Part shown: piece by piece, positions 57,880 to 64,000 of the stretch
Position numbering within the stretch: position 1 is the stretch's first letter
Layout of the letters: each line of letters starts with the position of its first letter
Assembly (NCBI GenBank): GCA_024636785.1
Contig: JAGXGK010000003.1
Span: 72,027-136,026, forward strand
DNA length: 64,000 nt
DNA from: Gammaproteobacteria bacterium
GTDB taxonomy: Bacteria; Pseudomonadota; Gammaproteobacteria; SZUA-229
Direction of reading: 5' to 3'
The notes under the pieces: model-generated
Databases searched by the model: none
Told to the model about the DNA's origin: nothing
What the model saw: the letters and a program-made list of their open reading frames with translations, nothing else
Position numbers and translations under genes: made by a program

Positions 57880-58878
57880 ATGAATCTGGAAGGTAAAAAA
57901 GTTTTAGTCACCGGCGCGGACGGCTTCATCGGCAGCCATCTGGTGGAGGCGTTAATCGCAAAAGGCTGTGATGTCAGAGCCTTTGTTTATTACAATTCCT
58001 TCAACACCTGGGGCTGGCTGGACTCTTTTGAACCGACTCAGCTCAAACAACTTGATGTTTTTGCGGGCGATATACGCGACCCCAATGGCGTTGATACTGC
58101 TATGCAGGGGGTGGATGTGGTGTTTCATCTAGCGGCGCTGATCGCCATCCCGTTTTCCTACCATTCCCCCGATTCCTATGTCGACACCAACATCAAGGGC
58201 ACCTTAAATATTCTTCAGTCGGCGCGTCGTCACAACACCGAACGCGTCGTGGTGACCTCCACCTCTGAAGTTTACGGCACGGCTCAGTATGTCCCCATTG
58301 ATGAAAAGCACCCCTTCCAGGGGCAGTCCCCCTACAGCGCCACGAAGATTGGCGCTGATCGCATGGCGGAATCTTTTTATCGTTCCTTTGATTGCCCTGT
58401 GACCATTGCCCGGCCTTTTAACACCTATGGACCCAGACAGTCTGCGCGTGCGGTGATCCCAACTATCATCACACAACTGCTGTCTGGCGAATCTGAAATC
58501 AAACTGGGCAGTCTGGAGCCAACCCGCGACTTTAACTATGTCATCGACACGGTTGAAGGTTTTATCGCGCTGGCCGAATCGGATAAGGCTATTGGTGAAG
58601 AAATAAATATCGCCAGCGGTGCCGAGCGCACCATTGGTGATCTGGCCCATTTCCTGATTCAGCAGCTCAATCCGGAGGCTAAAATTAATCTGGATGAAGC
58701 CCGCCTGCGGCCCGAGAAATCCGAAGTCGATAGATTGCTGGGCGATAACAGCAAAATCACCGCACTAACCTCCTGGACGCCCGGACATGATCTGGAATCC
58801 GGACTGATTGAAACCATCGCCTGGTTCAAAAAACCAGAAAACTTACGCCAGTACAAATCCTGGCTATACAACATTTAA
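57880..58878 (+). CDS. NAD-dependent nucleotide-sugar 4,6-dehydratase (LegB-like SDR)
   Basis: Closely parallels C. jejuni LegB from memory (VLVTGADGFIGSHL, YNSFN.WG.L, TSTSEVYGTA.YVPIDEKHP, SPYSA.K, ARPFN.YGPRQSARA.IPTIITQ). Start at ATG 57880. Confidence 0.75.
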   Translation: MNLEGKKVLVTGADGFIGSHLVEALIAKGCDVRAFVYYNSFNTWGWLDSFEPTQLKQLDVFAGDIRDPNGVDTAMQGVDVVFHLAALIAIPFSYHSPDSYVDTNIKGTLNILQSARRHNTERVVVTSTSEVYGTAQYVPIDEKHPFQGQSPYSATKIGADRMAESFYRSFDCPVTIARPFNTYGPRQSARAVIPTIITQLLSGESEIKLGSLEPTRDFNYVIDTVEGFIALAESDKAIGEEINIASGAERTIGDLAHFLIQQLNPEAKINLDEARLRPEKSEVDRLLGDNSKITALTSWTPGHDLESGLIETIAWFKKPENLRQYKSWLYNI

Positions 58879-58896
58879 TTCAGAAGGAGACAGCGC

Positions 58897-59610
58897 ATGC
58901 GTGCGATCATTCTTGCAGGCGGAAAAGGCACGCGACTCAAGCCTTATACAACGCTGATACCCAAACCGCTGGTACCCATTGGCGGCAAATATTCGATTCT
59001 TGAAGTCATTCTTATGCAGCTGGCTGACGCCGGTTTCACCCGGGTGACACTGGCGGTCAATCACCTCGCCAACCTTATTCAGGCCTATTTCGGCAACGGC
59101 GAGCGTTTCGGATTAGAAATAGATTATTCCATCGAAGAGGTTCCGCTCAACACCATCGGGCCGCTAACTTTGATTAATGATTTACCGGAAAACTTTCTGG
59201 TCATGAATGGCGATATTTTGTGCGACCTGGATTACGGAAAATTTTTCGCACAGCACACGGCCTGCAATGCCGATGTTTCGGTGTCGTCATTTCAGCGCGA
59301 TGTGAAAGTGGATTTCGGCGTACTTGATTACGACAAGGACAACCGCCTCACCGCCTTTCGCGAAAAACCTGAGTACCACTTTGATGTCAGCATGGGCATT
59401 TACTGCCTGAACAAAAAAGCCATAGACCGTCTGCAAAAAGGTGCCAGCTATGGTTTTGATCAGCTCATGGTCGACGGTATAGAACAGGGCCATCACATCG
59501 CCGTCTGCCCGTTTGACGGTTTCTGGCTGGACATCGGTAGACCCGAAGATTACGCCTATGCCGACGAACATTTTGCCGAATTCTCAGATCGATTTAAATT
59601 TCTGCAGTGA
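58897..59610 (+). CDS. Sugar-phosphate nucleotidyltransferase
   Basis: MRAIILAGGKGTRLKPYT..PKPLVPI is the NTP-transferase signature. Confidence 0.85.
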   Translation: MRAIILAGGKGTRLKPYTTLIPKPLVPIGGKYSILEVILMQLADAGFTRVTLAVNHLANLIQAYFGNGERFGLEIDYSIEEVPLNTIGPLTLINDLPENFLVMNGDILCDLDYGKFFAQHTACNADVSVSSFQRDVKVDFGVLDYDKDNRLTAFREKPEYHFDVSMGIYCLNKKAIDRLQKGASYGFDQLMVDGIEQGHHIAVCPFDGFWLDIGRPEDYAYADEHFAEFSDRFKFLQ

Positions 59611-60464
59611 GCATACTGGTCACCGGAGCATCGGGATTTGTCGGCAGCCATCTTCTCGCTTACCTGAGAGCGCACTCCAATGCCCGCTGCATCGGCCTAA
59701 CCCGAACAGACAGTGAACACTGCGACACTGTTGTCTGTGATTTAAACGACAGCGAACAGGTCAATGAAACCATCAAACGGTTACAGCCCTCCGTGATTTT
59801 TCATACCGCAGGAAGTTTTTCAAATATCTTTGAAATCGATTTGCAGAACAACGTGCTCAGCAGTAAAAACATTCTGGATGCCATCATCGAACACCAGCCT
59901 GCGGCCAGAATCCTGCTTATGGGCAGCGCTGCTGAATACGGTGAAATAAAGCGCGACGAAAATCCTGTTGCAGAAGATCACCCGCTCCAGCCTGTCAGCA
60001 TCTACGGCTGGTCAAAAGCCGCGCAGACCCAGCTGGCGCATCTGTATTTCAAATCCTATGGCCTCAATATCGTTATCGCCCGCACTTTTAATTTAATCGG
60101 CAAGGGCGTCTCCGATAAACTGTTTGTCGGGCGCGTGGAGCAGCAGATCAGGTCAGTACTGGAAGGCAGGGCGGAAAAAATCTCCGTCGGCAATCTCGAT
60201 GCCGGGCGCGACTACATTGACATTGAACAAGCCTGCGCCCTTTATGATCTGATCGCCACTAAAGGCATCGCCGGCGAAACCTACAATGTTGGCAGCGGCA
60301 CTGCCATCAGCATGCGAGAACTGCTGCGCAAACTACTGGACCAGGCCGGACTTGATGAAGCCATCGTAGAAGAAAACGCTCACAGCAAGAACACCCCTCA
60401 TTCCGAAGTCAGCGTTATTTATGCGAGCATCGATAAAATCATGCGACTGGCCGAAACAAAATAA
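59607..60464 (+). CDS. NAD-dependent epimerase/dehydratase-family reductase
   Basis: ILVTGASGFVGSHL and a YxxxK-type YGWSKAA. The GTG start overlaps the upstream stop by 4 nt. Confidence 0.75.
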   Translation: MSILVTGASGFVGSHLLAYLRAHSNARCIGLTRTDSEHCDTVVCDLNDSEQVNETIKRLQPSVIFHTAGSFSNIFEIDLQNNVLSSKNILDAIIEHQPAARILLMGSAAEYGEIKRDENPVAEDHPLQPVSIYGWSKAAQTQLAHLYFKSYGLNIVIARTFNLIGKGVSDKLFVGRVEQQIRSVLEGRAEKISVGNLDAGRDYIDIEQACALYDLIATKGIAGETYNVGSGTAISMRELLRKLLDQAGLDEAIVEENAHSKNTPHSEVSVIYASIDKIMRLAETK

Positions 60465-60490
60465 TTACACATCAAATTGCATGGTTCATG

Positions 60491-62446
60491 CTATCTGGCG
60501 CGAAACTGCTTCACCGCAAGTACCAATCTTTTTTTATGCCCGTCATCGGCTTCACCGCCATAACGCATCTGCTGATACTGCCGCGTTATCAGGCTCGCCT
60601 TGTCCTTCAAGTGCGGGAAGTGCTGCACGATACGGACGAGAAATTCATCGGGTGATTCACTGGGCTGCTTCATCAAGCCGGCTCTCTCCAGTTTCCGGCA
60701 GAAAAGACTGTAGTAGTAACTGGCAACATCGCGTTTTGATTTTCTTTCGCCCTGCCTGAACACCCACCATGCCACCACTCCGCCCATTAAGGTCATGGCC
60801 ACCACCATCCAGGAAAACAGCGTGGACTTGTTGATGTCCTCTATGCCTAATGATTCGAACAGCGCCTGCTGTTTTTTCTCGTTAAAGCCGACCACCCACT
60901 TGTTCCAGTTGTGATTAAGGCTGTCGGCGGTGTAACGCAGTTGCAGCAGCCATTTGTTGTTGGAGGCCAGCATAAAAGGCATGCGGCCTGCTTCCAGACC
61001 TGCGCCTAAAATACCAAAATCGATGCGATCGGGCGACACTGCCGAGGTTGGGTCCGCTCTCATCCAGCCCTTGTCAGCAAGCCAGATTTCGGCCCAGGCA
61101 TGCGCATCGGACTGGCGCACGATCATGTAGTCATCGAGCGGATTCAAGGTGCCGCCCTGATAGCCGACCACCACCCGCGCGGGTACGCCGGCGGCGCGCA
61201 TCAGATACACGAAGGCACTGGAATAATGTTCGCAAAAACCTGCGCGTGTGTTGAAAATAAAATCATCCATGGCGTTATCGCCCAGCAACGGCGGTGACAG
61301 CGTATAACTGAATGTTTCGGTATTAAAATAATTCAATATTGAATCTGCATATTCCGCATCGTCACCCGCAGCCATGCGCAGGCGTCTGGCCAGCGTTACG
61401 GATTTCTCATTAAAGTCCTGCGGCAGCAGCAGATTTTTTTCGCGCTCCTGAGCAGACAGGGATCTGTTTCTCGACCGCAAACTCGATGTCATCGCATACG
61501 AAAACACGCTGATGATTTCCTTTTTCGTCAGCACCTGTAGTTCGCGCGTCACGCTATAACCGCCTTCCAGGGACACCAAACTTTCCAGTGAATACAGCCA
61601 TTTGCGGCCATGCGGCTCCAGCATCACTGCATACTCAACCGGCTGCGCTGCTGCGCTCACCGCGCTGAGTTCGGGCTGCAAATCTTCCGGGGCATCATCA
61701 CGCCGCCAGGTTTTGCCGTCGTAATGTGACAGCACCAGACCGCGCCAGTACAGATCTTTCGGCGCCGGCGGCTCGCCCTTGAACTGCACCCTGAAGGCCA
61801 CCGCACTCGAGCTGATCAGATCGTTGATGCTGCCCGGTGACATTTCATCACCCACGCCGGTGGTCGCAGATTTGGCATCGTCCGGCAGACTCCACAGCGG
61901 CCCCTGAATGCGCGGAAAAAGCACAAACAGAACCAGCATCAGTGGTATCGCCTGCAACACCATGCGCGCTGACATTGTCATCCGGGTCTTAAAATCGGTC
62001 GAGCCCAGGCGGTCGCTGAAAACAATGAGCAGGGAGGTGAGATAAATCACCACCACAAAAACATAGGCGGCAATCCACGGACTTTGGCTATGAAAGAAAT
62101 GGGTGGCGACCAGAAAATAGCCGACGAAAATAATCAGCAGCACATCACGCCTGGCTTTCATTTCGAACAACTTGAGAAAGGAGAGCATCAGCAGCATGGC
62201 GATGCCCGGCTCCTGCCCGAACACCGTGCCATAAGAGGCCAGCAACGCCACAATAACAACCCCGGCCAGCACTATTCTCAGCCATGCTTTCGGCTGCCGC
62301 GCGCGGCCCGCGATAATCAGCAACGACCACAAGGTCAGTACCGCCATGGTCAGCAATATATAGGGCGGCAGGCGCGAATACATCGGCAGGGCCACCAGAT
62401 GAATGCCGATCAGCACCGGGGTTAGTTTGTGATCAGCTATCGCCAT
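60491..62446 (-). CDS. Transglutaminase TgpA-family membrane protein (DUF3488 + transglutaminase core)
   Basis: N-terminal multi-TM region. Cys-His-Asp core (GFCEHYSSAFVYLMRAAGVPARVV...DAHAWAEIW). Confidence 0.85.
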   Translation of the reverse strand: MAIADHKLTPVLIGIHLVALPMYSRLPPYILLTMAVLTLWSLLIIAGRARQPKAWLRIVLAGVVIVALLASYGTVFGQEPGIAMLLMLSFLKLFEMKARRDVLLIIFVGYFLVATHFFHSQSPWIAAYVFVVVIYLTSLLIVFSDRLGSTDFKTRMTMSARMVLQAIPLMLVLFVLFPRIQGPLWSLPDDAKSATTGVGDEMSPGSINDLISSSAVAFRVQFKGEPPAPKDLYWRGLVLSHYDGKTWRRDDAPEDLQPELSAVSAAAQPVEYAVMLEPHGRKWLYSLESLVSLEGGYSVTRELQVLTKKEIISVFSYAMTSSLRSRNRSLSAQEREKNLLLPQDFNEKSVTLARRLRMAAGDDAEYADSILNYFNTETFSYTLSPPLLGDNAMDDFIFNTRAGFCEHYSSAFVYLMRAAGVPARVVVGYQGGTLNPLDDYMIVRQSDAHAWAEIWLADKGWMRADPTSAVSPDRIDFGILGAGLEAGRMPFMLASNNKWLLQLRYTADSLNHNWNKWVVGFNEKKQQALFESLGIEDINKSTLFSWMVVAMTLMGGVVAWWVFRQGERKSKRDVASYYYSLFCRKLERAGLMKQPSESPDEFLVRIVQHFPHLKDKASLITRQYQQMRYGGEADDGHKKRLVLAVKQFRAR

Positions 62447-63422
62447 ACAGTGCCAGCGCCTTCAAACAATGACCATAATGGCTGCGTCCGTGTGCCGGTT
62501 CAATTTCGACACCGGGCAGGCGCAGGCCGTAATTTCGCCCCGCCGCTTCCGCGTCGATCACCAGTCGCGTCATCACCGACAGACGGGCTTCGCTGCCGGA
62601 CACGGACAGCGACTGCCAATCGATCCATTGCAGCTGCGGCTGGCCGCCATGGTACTGCCGAGTCACAAGCTCATCGGTGCGCGCCACCACTTTCCAGGCT
62701 ACGCGTCGCCAGGAATCGCCCGGCTGATATTTGCGCAAACCGGCATACTCCTCCATGCCTGCGCTCTGCATCGGCTGATCGCCCGCTTCAACGGACGTTG
62801 ATATCGGGATTTCGGCGCTGAGCGCAGGTCGGGGATAAACCAGCGTCTGCATGGACAGATCAATCCAGGTCCAGGCCACAAACAGGCCCGTCGGAAATTC
62901 CGTGCTCAGACGGAAACGCCCCGCCTGCAAAATCCCGCGCCGGGCAGCATCGACCTGAAAATGTGCCAGCGCCACAGCTTCGCCGGGCACATCGACGACC
63001 TCATATTCACGGCCCTGATGACTCACTGCAATGGAGTAACGCGTCTGTACGCTCTGATTTTCCAGCTGCACCGCAAATCCCGCTTTCTCTCCGGCGAACA
63101 CCGGCAAGCTGCCACCCGCACGCAGCCGTGACCCGGCAAGATTTTTCCAGGTGGCGAAAAGAATGACATTGCCCAGCCCGAGTAGAATAAAAGTCAGCAC
63201 AAAACCGAGGCTTTTGTTGTAATTCACCGAGCCCACCAGCAGCAATAACAGCAACAGCAGAAAAACCAGCCCGGCTCTGGTGGGCAGGATATAAACCCGT
63301 CTTCGATCCAGCGTTACCGTGCCATTAAACGGCCCGATGCGTTTGGCGATAAATTTGAATACCGGCTTGCGGGTGAAATCCGGCCATTGAAAAAAAGCTC
63401 GGGCTGAAGAGATAAAGCTCAC
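62433..63422 (-). CDS. DUF58 domain protein (MoxR-operon partner)
   Basis: RRRVYILPTRAGLVF...SVNYNKSLGF N-terminus and a DUF58 core. Start inferred at GTG 63422, because the ORF-track N-terminus (up to 63533) is encoded by the palindromic insertion. Confidence 0.7.
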   Translation of the reverse strand: MSFISSARAFFQWPDFTRKPVFKFIAKRIGPFNGTVTLDRRRVYILPTRAGLVFLLLLLLLLVGSVNYNKSLGFVLTFILLGLGNVILFATWKNLAGSRLRAGGSLPVFAGEKAGFAVQLENQSVQTRYSIAVSHQGREYEVVDVPGEAVALAHFQVDAARRGILQAGRFRLSTEFPTGLFVAWTWIDLSMQTLVYPRPALSAEIPISTSVEAGDQPMQSAGMEEYAGLRKYQPGDSWRRVAWKVVARTDELVTRQYHGGQPQLQWIDWQSLSVSGSEARLSVMTRLVIDAEAAGRNYGLRLPGVEIEPAHGRSHYGHCLKALALYGDS

Positions 63423-63436
63423 GCTTGTACCATTGG

Positions 63437-63603
63437 CTAGGAGCCTGTCTGACTTGAAGGTAATCGGCTGCAAATTCGCCTGGCCGGTCCATATTTCACC
63501 GCTTTTATGGGCAATAGAATAACTATTACCCATAAAAGCGGCAAAATCTGTCCTCGCCCAGCCAAATTTTCGCTTCGATTCTTCAAGTCAGACAGACTCC
63601 TAG
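63437..63603. mobile_element. Palindromic MITE-like insertion (about 165 bp) between moxR and the DUF58 gene
   Basis: 23-bp terminal inverted repeats with one mismatch (ctaggagcctgtctgacttgaag 63437-63459 / cttcaagtcagacagactcctag 63581-63603). Inner 19-bp inverted repeat ccgcttttatgggcaatag / ctattacccataaaagcgg. CTAG sits at both extremities. Confidence 0.8.
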
Positions 63604-64000
63604 GGAATGGGCACGGATTCAGCAATATAACTGGCAGCGGTTTTTTCCTGTCGCCCCAGCTCATCGCCGGCGACTTCCAGGCGGTGATTCACCACCGCTG
63701 CCATCACCGTCTTAATGTGCTCCGGCAACACATAGTCCTGCCCTTCCAGCAACGCCCGTGCCCGCGCCGCGTTCAACAAAGCCAGCCCGCCTCGCGGCGA
63801 CAGCCCAAACTCGAACATCGGCGACTGCCGCGTGAACTCGAGCACCGCCTGAATATAATCCAGCAGTGCCTCGGCGACGTGTATTTTGGCCGCCTGTTTT
63901 TGCACGGTTAATAATTTGCCTGCGTTGAGCACCGGCTGAAGGTGCTTGATCATGTCGCGACGATCCGCACCCTGCAACAGTTCACGCTCGGCTTTTTTAT
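63600..64000 (-). CDS. MoxR-family AAA+ ATPase; only the C-terminal part is in the window
   Basis: ...FGLSPRGGLALLNAARARALLEGQDYVLPEHIKTVMAAVVNHRL is the MoxR C-terminal lid. The frame stays open to the window edge. Confidence 0.85.
   Translation of the reverse strand, partial: KKAERELLQGADRRDMIKHLQPVLNAGKLLTVQKQAAKIHVAEALLDYIQAVLEFTRQSPMFEFGLSPRGGLALLNAARARALLEGQDYVLPEHIKTVMAAVVNHRLEVAGDELGRQEKTAASYIAESVPIP

Noticed and set aside
63437-63911. ORFs 63437-63664 (-) and 63507-63911 (+), plus the first 37 codons of ORF 62433-63533, which encode mutually similar peptides.
   Set aside because: The similarity is a by-product of the near-perfect palindrome of the MITE-like element. The plus-strand ORF also runs antisense into moxR.

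Overview
This 64-kb chromosomal window looks like it comes from a sulfur-oxidising gammaproteobacterium. That lineage guess rests on gene content only. I read about 65 protein-coding genes and found no rRNA, tRNA or CRISPR array.

**1-21.7 kb.** Envelope proteins come first: two tandem Slp lipoproteins, beta-barrel OMPs and an OYE reductase. A long minus-strand sulfur/redox supercluster follows:
- sqr, with a clear sigma54 -24/-12 promoter and a divergent sigma54 activator
- a cysteine-free DsrC/TusE-like protein
- TusA, a long YeeE, TusA, and three small DsrE/F/H-like ORFs
- a tandem-rhodanese lipoprotein, a pentaheme and a triheme cytochrome c, a small secreted protein and a porin; this component list matches Geobacter ExtHIJKL
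- a sigma54 two-component system plus an unknown secreted protein

This composite locus is my best candidate for an uncharacterised system.

**21.7-27 kb.** A small nucleotidyltransferase insertion, thiC, a pcm-like gene, a rhodanese and tolC.

**27-51 kb.** An LPS lipid A/core locus: lpxL, waaA, kdkA, four GT9 genes, ugd plus a UXS-like gene, GT2/GT4/GT32 genes, three methyltransferases (one broken by an in-frame TGA), waaF and hldE. It contains a visibly AT-rich island at about 38.9-46.6 kb.

**51-64 kb.** ilvE, glnE, pit with a PhoU-like gene, a LegB-like nucleotide-sugar trio, and TgpA-DUF58-MoxR with a roughly 165-bp palindromic MITE-like insertion.

Several REP/MITE-like palindromic repeats and one heptamer microsatellite are present. 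All homology calls come from reading the translations and from motif recognition. No searches were run.
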